33,572 nt of DNA from Flavobacterium sp. GTDB lineage: Bacteria; Bacteroidota; Bacteroidia; Flavobacteriales; Flavobacteriaceae. A program made the position numbers and the translations under genes. Positions 9,219 through 18,264 of the stretch are shown piece after piece. The DNA lies in contig DATGMY010000197.1 in the NCBI GenBank assembly GCA_035307005.1, forward strand, positions 1 through 33,572, written 5' to 3'. The notes below the pieces were generated by a model that was not told the origin of the DNA, made no database searches, and saw only the letters and a list, made by a program, of their open reading frames with translations. Position 1 is the stretch's first letter. Each line of letters starts with the position of its first letter.

Positions 9219-10251
9219 TTAAAATAAATTTTTTAAGTTTAATGAAATAGTTTTCAAAGTCATAAAACTGTTCAAATTTAATTCTATTTGCCATACAAAG
9301 TGCAGTCAAATCGTTTTTATTATTTTCTATAAAACGAATGGCTGCTTCTGATGTGGTGAACAAAACACCTGTATTGCCGGAAATAACTTCCGGTGAAACG
9401 TACTGTGGAGTTGTAATTACAGAAAGTCCGCTCATTAGTGCTTCTATATACACTAACGGATAAACTTCATAAAAAGGTTTGCTTAAAAAAAGCAGAAAAT
9501 GATTTTTTTCAAAGAGTTTCATTTTCTGATCCGGATCCGTTATCGGATCAAGTATATGAATGTTTTTATTATCTAATGCTTTTATCTGTTCCATTTTGTT
9601 TTGTGAAAAAACATCGAGAACTCCCCCACAAATAGTTATTTCAACGTCTTTATTGTATTCTGTACAGTAACTGCAAAACTCATAGAGCGACTGCGTCCCT
9701 TTTGATTTCGAAAGGTTTGAAAAAAACAAAACCTTTGTTTTTCTTTTTTCCTTTTCTATCTCAAAATTTCCGTTGTAATAATCCATTAATGCGTTTGGCA
9801 ATAAAAACCGGTCATTAAAGAATGTAAGTTTTTGGAGTTGATTTTGTGTGATCACTATGCACCTTATCTTACTGAACCTTTTGCCAGAAAAGTACTTTCT
9901 TTTTTTCTCAAGTCCATTTGCATGCAAGTGTATTGTGACATTTTGTGTTTTGTACAAAACATAAAAAAGCATGAGATAATCCCGGTAAAAGGCAAATCCT
10001 CTTGGTGAAAAATTCATATATACATAATCATCCGCTTCAATATTTCGTAATTCCCGATACAGCGTCGCCAGCTCTTTAAATTTTTTAAGATTAAATTTTC
10101 CAAAATCTTCGGGAGTTTTCGCCTGAGCCGTATCAATCAGCTTTATTTTATAATTTTCTAATTCTAAAAACCGGTCTGCTATCTGTTTCGACAAAACTTT
10201 CACCCCATTTAAAGGTCCCTTGAAGGGAGTTATCATAATTATCTTTTTCAT
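9208..10251 (-). CDS. Glycosyltransferase family 4 (GT-B)
   Basis: VLFFSNLSKSKG and the EX7E motif EVYPLVYIEALMSG. Confidence 0.88.
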   Translation of the reverse strand: MKKIIMITPFKGPLNGVKVLSKQIADRFLELENYKIKLIDTAQAKTPEDFGKFNLKKFKELATLYRELRNIEADDYVYMNFSPRGFAFYRDYLMLFYVLYKTQNVTIHLHANGLEKKRKYFSGKRFSKIRCIVITQNQLQKLTFFNDRFLLPNALMDYYNGNFEIEKEKRKTKVLFFSNLSKSKGTQSLYEFCSYCTEYNKDVEITICGGVLDVFSQNKMEQIKALDNKNIHILDPITDPDQKMKLFEKNHFLLFLSKPFYEVYPLVYIEALMSGLSVITTPQYVSPEVISGNTGVLFTTSEAAIRFIENNKNDLTALCMANRIKFEQFYDFENYFIKLKKFILNAD

Positions 10252-11498
10252 CTCTTATCAGTTTTAAAGGAAAATAAAATGGTAAAAAAGGCAAAAAGGG
10301 CAATTCCCATCTGCCGTTCTAAAACTGATTCTGTTAAGAAAAAAACACACGATGTAATTATGAAAATAACCGGAAGAATATCTTGCCTTCTGAAAGCTGT
10401 TAAAAACTGCCGGTACAGCACGATAAAAAATAACAAAAGTCCAACCACTCCAGATTTTAACATCTCGCTCATATATTGATTGTGCGAATTATATTTCTTT
10501 TCAATACCATGCTGAAAGCCAATGGCTTTGTATCCTTCCATTAATGCAGGCTGCATATCCCCGATTCCTACACCGATCCAAAAGTTATCATTAATAACGG
10601 TTATTGTTCCATGGTATTTTGCGACCCGGGCTTTTAAAGCTGTAAAATTTTCGCCGGAAAAATCGGTTTGTACAATATCTTCCCTGATATGTACAGATTT
10701 AAACTTTTCAACTAAAAAAGAGGAAAAACCGATTACCGGGAAAGCTACTAATGCCAACAAAAATAATTTTGCTTGTATGGATTTTATTAAAAACAGAAAA
10801 CACACCACTACAATAATCAAATTAAAAAACATGACAAAAGAGTTGAGCAGCATCAAAACAACTAAAAAGTATAGAATTATTATTACCGATTGTACTTTTG
10901 AAAATGAAAGAAGTTTCTTGTAAAGTAAATGATAAATAAGCAGAGAAACAGCGAAAAGCACTTGAAATGCTAAATAAATGGGATGTATTCCCAAAAAGTC
11001 TGTAAGATTGAAATAAGAGAAAAAGTTTCCGTTTACCTTATTAAACGGATTAATACTTCCATAATCATAAACATTAAAAAGAGCATTTACCAGACAAGTG
11101 ATCGTTGTAAAGAGACAGCCATATATAAAATACTGTAAAATGCGTCGAAAAACTATTGGGCTTATTGCCGAAGCAGAGAACAAAAAAGACAGTGAAAGTA
11201 TAAAATAAAGAAGTTGTCGGCTAATTACGTTAAACGCCTGCGAAAGATCATCGCTCCAGAACACACTTATTATGTTCCACAAACACCAAAGCCACAGAAC
11301 CACGAGATATTGGTTGATTTTTATATTTTTTATTCCTCTGTTTTGCCATAAAAAAGAAAGAGAGCTAATAAAAAAGCCTAAGATAAAAAGATTATTAATG
11401 TTTAATTTAAAAGGTAAAGTAAAGACCGTCCCCAATAGAAAGAACAACCAGACAAACTCTTTAGTCAATACCTTTTTTACAGGAAATGTTATGGTCAT
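10248..11498 (-). CDS. O-antigen ligase family (WaaL/Wzy_C) membrane protein
   Basis: Multi-TM protein with HPIY, ARV...WIGVGIGD, YNSHNQY and FLTESVLERQMG. Confidence 0.85.
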   Translation of the reverse strand: MTITFPVKKVLTKEFVWLFFLLGTVFTLPFKLNINNLFILGFFISSLSFLWQNRGIKNIKINQYLVVLWLWCLWNIISVFWSDDLSQAFNVISRQLLYFILSLSFLFSASAISPIVFRRILQYFIYGCLFTTITCLVNALFNVYDYGSINPFNKVNGNFFSYFNLTDFLGIHPIYLAFQVLFAVSLLIYHLLYKKLLSFSKVQSVIIILYFLVVLMLLNSFVMFFNLIIVVVCFLFLIKSIQAKLFLLALVAFPVIGFSSFLVEKFKSVHIREDIVQTDFSGENFTALKARVAKYHGTITVINDNFWIGVGIGDMQPALMEGYKAIGFQHGIEKKYNSHNQYMSEMLKSGVVGLLLFFIVLYRQFLTAFRRQDILPVIFIITSCVFFLTESVLERQMGIALFAFFTILFSFKTDKR

Positions 11499-12588
11499 AT
11501 TTAGCTAAAATCAAATAAAAGACAAATAAAGTGTCAAAGTAAATAAAAACATTATCACTGATGAACAATATATTCAAAAATAAAATAATATATACACTTT
11601 TTTTCCCTTTCAGGTTTATCATAATGAAGAACAACAACCATATTATAAAGGAAATCACTCCCAATTCTATCACAATTTTTAATATATCGGAATGTATGTA
11701 TTCATAATTATTGTATTTACTTTTGAGGTATAAATGAATACTTCCCAAACTGCTCCCGCTCCATAAATCTTCGGAAAATTTATGGAGAACATCATTATAA
11801 ACTACGAAACGCCCCTGTGTTAAATGGTTTATAGAAACATTGAAATACTTTTTTACCATGGCTGTAAAAAAGCCGGAAACAAACAAATAAATTCCAGTCA
11901 CAAAAACTACATTGAGTCCTAAGAGAAATTTTGTTATCTGTTTGGGACGAAAGGGATTCTTGAGTATTTTTTCATTCAGCAACCAAAATGCAAGTACAAT
12001 AACCAACCCGAAAAGTGCAACTCTTTTAAAAGACAGTAAAAAAAACACCATTGCAATAATGAAATGGATTTTCTTTTTTTCTAAAAAATAATATAGTGTA
12101 AATAAACCCATCGGAAAGGCAAGCCAGGATTCGGTTGGATATTCTGAAAGTCGGAATGCTGATATAAAATCAGAGATTAATTTTGGGACATTTAGAAGTT
12201 CTTTCCAAAAAAACAAAACAAAAGATGTTACATACATACCAAAAAAAACATCTATTGCTTTCCTTATATTTACCTCTTTACCTCCGGTCAATGCTGCAGC
12301 CGTTAACACCGGGATCAATAATAAAAAAGACTCTTCTAAAAACCGTATGTGAAAAACACCTTTATAAATAGAAATGATAAAATTAATAGCTATAAGCGAG
12401 GTATAAAGTAAAAGATTGTACAACAAAAATCTTCTGATTGTTATGTTTTTATAAAACAGCAGAAAAAACAGTCCTAAAGGGAAAATCAAATACTTTATAT
12501 ATCTTGCATTATGTTCAGTACTTGTAAAGTAGGAAGAAAGCAAGAGCATTAATGCAGACAAATAAACAACAAAAGTCTTAATTTTCAT
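11461..12588 (-). CDS. Wzy polymerase/O-antigen ligase-like membrane protein
   Basis: Multi-TM protein with LSFKRVA, TQGR, GSSLGS and IHSDILKIVIELG, a Wzy_C-like pattern. Confidence 0.78.
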   Translation of the reverse strand: MKIKTFVVYLSALMLLLSSYFTSTEHNARYIKYLIFPLGLFFLLFYKNITIRRFLLYNLLLYTSLIAINFIISIYKGVFHIRFLEESFLLLIPVLTAAALTGGKEVNIRKAIDVFFGMYVTSFVLFFWKELLNVPKLISDFISAFRLSEYPTESWLAFPMGLFTLYYFLEKKKIHFIIAMVFFLLSFKRVALFGLVIVLAFWLLNEKILKNPFRPKQITKFLLGLNVVFVTGIYLFVSGFFTAMVKKYFNVSINHLTQGRFVVYNDVLHKFSEDLWSGSSLGSIHLYLKSKYNNYEYIHSDILKIVIELGVISFIIWLLFFIMINLKGKKSVYIILFLNILFISDNVFIYFDTLFVFYLILAKYDHNISCKKGID

Positions 12589-13825
12589 AGTTTGATTTTA
12601 TTTCTTTCCGATAGTAAAAAAAGCCTAACAACAAAAGTAAAACCTCGCCTGCAATACGAATCATACTGACAAATTCAGAGGTTAGATTTTGTATAAAAAT
12701 AAAACAAGTTACCAAATTAAATACTATGATTATCATATATAGTTTCATAAAAAGCTTATCTTTTTTTAAAGAAAGTAATCCCTGAAAAACATATACATTT
12801 GCAATAATAGACACCATAGGCAAAAAGCCAAGTATTTGAAGAGTTGTTTTTGCTGAAAGATAATCTTTACCAAAAATAATTTTAATAATTAATTCTGCAA
12901 AAATAAATATAAAGATCCCGATGAACAGCCCAATACTTCCTGCAACAAATGCAGAGTTACGTATATTCTTTTTAAAAAGCACCTTGTTTTCATTAACCAA
13001 GCGGGAAACTACCGGGAAAAATGCCTGACTAAAAGGAATAAACAATATTGTCTGGACACTTACAATAAGTTTATTGGCGGTTGAATAAGAAACCAAATCC
13101 TGAGATGTTCCGCTCTTTTCTATTAAAAGAAAATAAATCAATCCGGGAGTAATAATCAATACTGTAGAAAGAAACACCGGTGTTGCCTGTAATGTTATCT
13201 TTTTTATGGTCGAAAACGAAGGTGCAACCATTTTAAAATTCACATATTTCTTCATCAACCAAAAGGAATAAACACCAACTAAAATTAAACCCAAAGACTG
13301 TAAAGCATTAAAAACCCAATAATTCCTGTCTTCTCTGATAAAAAGAACTATTAAAAAAGCCATAACAAACTTACTGATCAAGTTCAGAAAAGATATTTTT
13401 AAAAGCTTTTCCATTCCTTGAAAAAACCATTGAGGAAACAGTAAAAACCCTAAATTAATTGCAAATGTACTGTATAACAGCAGTTCAATTTCCTGCCACC
13501 GCTCATTGTTATGAACCAGCAATACAAAGACCAATACTGAAAGAAGTAATAGTACAAATTTAGCATAAAAAACCTGCGAACTCAGGTAGCTGATAAACAG
13601 ATGATTTTTCTTTTTATTCGTAATAGTACGTGTAATGGTCACATCAAATCCGTAATTTACCACTACCGTAAAAAAATGACAAAAATATCTGGCAAATTCT
13701 AATTCTGCAAAATGTTCAGGACTGATAATTCGTGCTAAATAAGGAATCAACAACAAAGGAATCAGCGTGTTACTCACCTGAATAAGGGAAAGAGCGGATA
13801 AATTTTTAAAAAATACTTTTGTCAT
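12578..13825 (-). CDS. wzx: Oligosaccharide flippase (PST family)
   Basis: KNLSAL...PLLLIPYLARII, VNYGF, FPQWFFQGMEK and QAFFP, with about 12 TM segments. Confidence 0.9.
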   Translation of the reverse strand: MTKVFFKNLSALSLIQVSNTLIPLLLIPYLARIISPEHFAELEFARYFCHFFTVVVNYGFDVTITRTITNKKKNHLFISYLSSQVFYAKFVLLLLSVLVFVLLVHNNERWQEIELLLYSTFAINLGFLLFPQWFFQGMEKLLKISFLNLISKFVMAFLIVLFIREDRNYWVFNALQSLGLILVGVYSFWLMKKYVNFKMVAPSFSTIKKITLQATPVFLSTVLIITPGLIYFLLIEKSGTSQDLVSYSTANKLIVSVQTILFIPFSQAFFPVVSRLVNENKVLFKKNIRNSAFVAGSIGLFIGIFIFIFAELIIKIIFGKDYLSAKTTLQILGFLPMVSIIANVYVFQGLLSLKKDKLFMKLYMIIIVFNLVTCFIFIQNLTSEFVSMIRIAGEVLLLLLGFFYYRKEIKSNYEN

Positions 13826-13831
13826 AAAAAA

Positions 13832-14305
13832 TTAATCCAAATACTTTTGAAGGTTTTTGGTAATAAGATAAGGGTCGTAAATTTCATCCGTTTTGAACGT
13901 TTTCACAATCATCTTATCTTTGGTGTATATCAATTTTACTTGTTCGTTTGGAACCATCCAGCTTTTAAGTTGTTCTGCTTGTAAATAATATGTGTTTTTA
14001 CCGTCAAATATTTTGATAGAGTCAATATAAATCGTCAGTTCTTCGTCTGTATTAAAATCAATTCGTAATCTTTTTATCTTTTCAGAATCCTTAAATTCAA
14101 AATTCGCCTGAACGGGTTCATTGGCTTCAACAGTAAAATGCGCACTTTGCTCTTCTGAAAACCACCCCCTAAAATCGGTTGAATAAAACATTTGTACATC
14201 CATTTTATTCAACGTTTCCAAATACAAAACAGCTTCAAATGTATGTTCTTTTTTTGCACATCCAAAAATGAAGAAAACCAACAACAGAGCCAACTTGTTC
14301 CACAT
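13832..14305 (-). CDS. Putative lipoprotein, small beta-sandwich, function unknown
   Basis: Start moved to ATG 14305, 1 bp after the upstream stop, giving MWNKLALLLVFFIFG|C (lipobox). Beta-strand pattern RLRIDF...IDSIKI. Confidence 0.7.
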   Translation of the reverse strand: MWNKLALLLVFFIFGCAKKEHTFEAVLYLETLNKMDVQMFYSTDFRGWFSEEQSAHFTVEANEPVQANFEFKDSEKIKRLRIDFNTDEELTIYIDSIKIFDGKNTYYLQAEQLKSWMVPNEQVKLIYTKDKMIVKTFKTDEIYDPYLITKNLQKYLD

Positions 14306-14306
14306 A

Positions 14307-15266
14307 TTATGAAACATTTTTAGCATCAATTATAGCGGCGTATCTTTTGTATTGTTTAATGCTCCAGCCAATAAACAGGAAAATACAGATAAAAAACAGC
14401 GGATAAAACACAACCATCAATTTACCTTTTTTATTGGAAATATTTAGCTTTTTAGTTACATCATAAATTATCTTTGACTCTTCAATGACTGCAATTTTGG
14501 TTTTATTTATTTCTTCAAGCAAAGAGTTTTTCTTCTCTAAAAGCCTGTCCATTTCAGAAAACATTTCTACGTTTACCGTTTTGTTTCCCTCGGAATTTGC
14601 ATTACCCAATTTTTCAAACAGGCCATTGATATTATCGACCGATGTTTGATATTCTTTTAATCTGTTTTCCGTATCGATTATTTCAACTTCCTGACGTTCA
14701 ATAAAATATCCGTCATTATTCAATTCATTTACAAAAGCTTCATAAATAGAATTATCCTGATCTTCCACTCCGGTATAATAAGTAATTTTATGGTAGCGAT
14801 ACAGCTTTTCCGCAACTTCTCCTCTTTTATATTTATGAATTTCCATTGTGTTTTCACTCATATAGCGAGCTATCTGAAGATTTTGCTCTCTATCCGAAAT
14901 AAATTCAACAACATCAATGATTGGACTAATTTCGATACCCGAAATATGATGCAGTTTTTCAAAATTGGAAGTATTATGCGCTTGAAAATTTTCAAGTTTA
15001 TTATATAAATAAGTAGTACTGTTAAAATTCGGGACAACAATGAGTACGTGTTTAAATGGTTTTGAATCATTTTTCACGGAATATAATCCCAAGGCTATTC
15101 CACTTATTAATAATAGAAGCGTAATAATAAAGTTTCTGCGTAAAAACCTCGTTGCTCTAAAAAAATTAAAACCTGTCCGATCTACAAATTTAGAAACCGA
15201 AGAAAATAAAAAAACGACATCTACCTCTTGATCGTTCGTTGTTTTTGGAGTAGTTTTATGTTCCAT
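14307..15266 (-). CDS. Wzz-like polysaccharide chain-length regulator/co-polymerase
   Basis: N-terminal QEVD, two terminal TM helices flanking a coiled-coil periplasmic region. ATG 15266 preferred to TTG 15281. Confidence 0.65.
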   Translation of the reverse strand: MEHKTTPKTTNDQEVDVVFLFSSVSKFVDRTGFNFFRATRFLRRNFIITLLLLISGIALGLYSVKNDSKPFKHVLIVVPNFNSTTYLYNKLENFQAHNTSNFEKLHHISGIEISPIIDVVEFISDREQNLQIARYMSENTMEIHKYKRGEVAEKLYRYHKITYYTGVEDQDNSIYEAFVNELNNDGYFIERQEVEIIDTENRLKEYQTSVDNINGLFEKLGNANSEGNKTVNVEMFSEMDRLLEKKNSLLEEINKTKIAVIEESKIIYDVTKKLNISNKKGKLMVVFYPLFFICIFLFIGWSIKQYKRYAAIIDAKNVS

Positions 15267-15274
15267 AATGTTTG

Positions 15275-16966
15275 TTAACAATTAAAAATCTGTTCCAATA
15301 TTTTTATAGTAATTAAATACGTTGGTTTCACTCCTGTGGTTCCCAACCCTCCCGATGCCAGCGTGCTTCCTGTTTCCAAAGGATTGTCGGATGCATAATA
15401 GGCATACCGTACTTTCACGTCGGGATTAATGCTTTTTCTTATTTTAGATGCCGACTGAATGGCTTTTTGATAATGCGCTCCTTCCATTTCCAGACCAATC
15501 ACACGCCAGGTAGAATCACGGAAAAACTCCAATAAATCCTTATTTTGAAGTGAAGTTCCCAAAACGGTAACCATCGATCCTCCAAAAACAGCCAGATCGT
15601 TCCCTTCAAACATTTCGGGCGTCAACTCGTTGCGAAACGGATAATTATCTCCCGTACCTTCATTGATATGCGCCGTCGGAATCATAATGTCTCCCTTTCC
15701 TCCGAATAAGATGCCGGCTTTTCCCATAACCGAAACCGATTCTACGTTCAAATATACGGCTTTATTAAACGGCTTTAACAATTCATCTATCGTTTCGTAA
15801 GCTTGTTCTCCAAAAGCGTAATCCATTACCACAATAACGGGTTTTTCATCGTTGTTTTGAGGCAATTTAACCAATGGAAATGAGGTCTGCTGCCACCGTA
15901 TTTTTGCGGTATCAAAGATCTGAACATCAATATTTGTTCCCGAAGTATCGGGCAAAAACAACATTCCCTGTTCCGAAGCACGTTTCACCACCATCGCACG
16001 CAAATCACTGTTACCCGGATTACTCAATTCCTCAAATACCTCTGTTTTATTTTTGACTTTCAGTTTGTTTTTCAAAACATCTTCGGCAAAAACAGCATTC
16101 ATCACACTGTGCATATTCGCACTAATAATGTGCAGAGGACGGTCTAATAGTTCTAAACGCTGTAATTCTGTTTTTATTTTGTTTGCCCAGATTTCACCAT
16201 AAATATGATGTCCCAGACGTTCACGCAAAATCGGACTAAATGTAATAGTTCTTTTGTTGTTTTCCAAAACTTCTTCTATGGCAATTTTGCCCAACCAGTA
16301 AATCACGCTCAAAAAGCGGTCGGGATTTTCTTCGGTAGCAAAACGATCGTAAATGGAATTGATTTCTGCAAAAGATCTTCCTAAAATGATGGAAGTATGT
16401 GAAATGGCAATTTCCCGCTCGTTCAATGACAAAAAATCGTTTTTAAGAACCGCTTCTTCTAATTTCATCCAATCGCGCGATACATTATCGTCGTCGTCAA
16501 TCAGAATGCGGTCTTTTATTTTGTGCGATTCGATAAAAATAAAGGTCAGATGCGTCAAAACATCATAAATATCCGAACGTCCTCGCGTGATCTCAATATT
16601 CATCTGTTCTTCATCAATGCGGTAACAATTCCGGCGACGCTTTAGCGGAATAATCGCTTTAAAATGCGATTGCGAATACCCTTCATCTGATGTTAAATTG
16701 ATGTATCTGCACTCTTCAATGCCCATTGGCAAACGTTCAATCACATATAATAAACCATTCAACTCAACCTTTTCATCAGCCACCGAACCATAAATTTCCG
16801 GACGCAGTTGCAGTAAAGCTTCCCGCAATGTTTCACCCGAAACACCCATCGGTTTGTAAAACCCCCGGTTAAACAAGTGCCGCATCGTAATATACATACG
16901 CTCTATGGCAGCCGAAGATTCTTGCGATCGGGATCTGGTAATGTGTTTTATTCCTGTCATTTTCAT
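15275..16966 (-). CDS. DUF6909-like conserved protein with a C-terminal nucleoside phosphorylase/AMP nucleosidase-like region
   Basis: N-terminus ESSAAIERMYITMRHLFNRGFYKPMG recognised as a conserved flavobacterial family. C-terminal VMGKAG, GDIMIP, GLEMEG and YYASDNP. Confidence 0.75.
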   Translation of the reverse strand: MKMTGIKHITRSRSQESSAAIERMYITMRHLFNRGFYKPMGVSGETLREALLQLRPEIYGSVADEKVELNGLLYVIERLPMGIEECRYINLTSDEGYSQSHFKAIIPLKRRRNCYRIDEEQMNIEITRGRSDIYDVLTHLTFIFIESHKIKDRILIDDDDNVSRDWMKLEEAVLKNDFLSLNEREIAISHTSIILGRSFAEINSIYDRFATEENPDRFLSVIYWLGKIAIEEVLENNKRTITFSPILRERLGHHIYGEIWANKIKTELQRLELLDRPLHIISANMHSVMNAVFAEDVLKNKLKVKNKTEVFEELSNPGNSDLRAMVVKRASEQGMLFLPDTSGTNIDVQIFDTAKIRWQQTSFPLVKLPQNNDEKPVIVVMDYAFGEQAYETIDELLKPFNKAVYLNVESVSVMGKAGILFGGKGDIMIPTAHINEGTGDNYPFRNELTPEMFEGNDLAVFGGSMVTVLGTSLQNKDLLEFFRDSTWRVIGLEMEGAHYQKAIQSASKIRKSINPDVKVRYAYYASDNPLETGSTLASGGLGTTGVKPTYLITIKILEQIFNC

Positions 16967-17285
16967 TTCATCTTTTAGAAACTATATGCTTGCCAACAAC
17001 GCTTATTGCTGAGAGCAAAATTAAATGTAAACACAAATTTACTAAGTAACTGCATTAATCGTACTTATATTGTTGAAAATATTAAAACAACTCGTAGAAC
17101 ATACATTAAAAAAACATCTGTAACAACTTTTTTAATTTCAATGGTTTAAGCATTAAAATTAAGAATTATTTTTATTTTTTAAGGTTTTTTAATATATTGC
17201 AATCAATTATAAATCAGAATGTCCTTTTTTTGTCTTTCTAATTACTATATCCGGCAATCCTGGACATTCGTAAACCTTTAGAATT

Positions 17286-18252
17286 ATGAAAAAAATAGTA
17301 CTCTCTATTTTAGGAATCTTCGCTCTCGCAGCGTGCAGCGAAGACGTTTATCACGACATCGATAAACAAAACAATGATTTGGAAGCAGCTAATAATGGTT
17401 CAGGAGGAATACCCCCCCCCTACAATTGCTCCTGATTATGAATCGTTATGGGATATAAACACTCGCGGGCAGGAAATGTGGTACAGGTTTGACAACTGGA
17501 CCGGCGACTGGGGCAACCCCGCCCTTTTGGAATTTAGAATAACACCCTATGTGGGGCTGGCGTATTTTGATGATACTAACGATGGGAATTATCGGGATTC
17601 CAGACCTCCTGTAACTACAGTAGAAAACTTTAACCTTGTCCCACCGGGTACGTATCCCAACCTTTTTGACCCCACCGGCAACGAGATCGGCAATTTTATG
17701 CCTGCATTCCCTTTTGTTGTAGATGGCACAGGCTTAGCAGGAGGTACAGTAATTTTGGAAATGGTCTCGGCAGATCATTGCCATGTGATGGGGGCGTCCC
17801 CGATTCCCGGCTCAAATCCACTCGGGATATACTTTGACCTTTCGGCGCCTCCGCCGCCTTATGTACCGGCACTGCCACAGGAAGAAAAATTGCTGTCAGA
17901 ATACGGCAAAGTATTTTTTTATTTTTGGGAAGCCATAGACCCTGTCACCTCAACTGTAGTAGCCAACGGATACATTACACCGCACTGCGACACCAATGAT
18001 GCGGCTTATTGGACAAACACCGGGGTGAATGTTGCATTGCCCAACGGTGCTGTTGCCGACCTGTATTTTAATTATATTCCTGGCTCAAGTGATAATTCAC
18101 ATGAAATTGTTTTAGAAACAGGTATTTTTCCGTCTTTAGTTAATTTTTCGCATGTTGTGGGCGGGTTCACGTATAATTATGAGGTGGAGTTGATTACGTA
18201 TTCCACACCGGGACCTTCGATGTCTGTGTTGTCTTTAAAAATAGTTCCTTAA
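17286..18252 (+). pseudogene. Surface lipoprotein, frameshifted at a C9 tract (321 aa if the tract is C8)
   Basis: ATG 17286 gives MKKIVLSILGIFALAA|CSEDVY...GSGGIPPPYNCS, stopping at TGA 17433-17435. The long ORF (track 17374-18252) is in the +1 frame. Removing one C at 17412-17420 joins them as GGIPPPTIAPDYES. Confidence 0.85.
17412..17420 (+). repeat. C9 homopolymer (candidate slipped-strand contingency locus)
   Basis: ata-CCCCCCCCC-tac, the longest G/C run I can find in this AT-rich window, within the segment where the frame must switch. Confidence 0.85.
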
Positions 18253-18264
18253 ACCTTGTCAATT

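Noticed and set aside
7277-13825. A7-A8/T7-T8 runs in glycan genes as phase-variation tracts
   Set aside because: Such runs are expected in very AT-rich DNA, and all the genes are in frame.
17374-18252. Track ORF taken as a complete gene starting MIWKQ
   Set aside because: It has no signal peptide. A convincing lipoprotein leader starts at 17286 in another frame and joins through the C9 tract.
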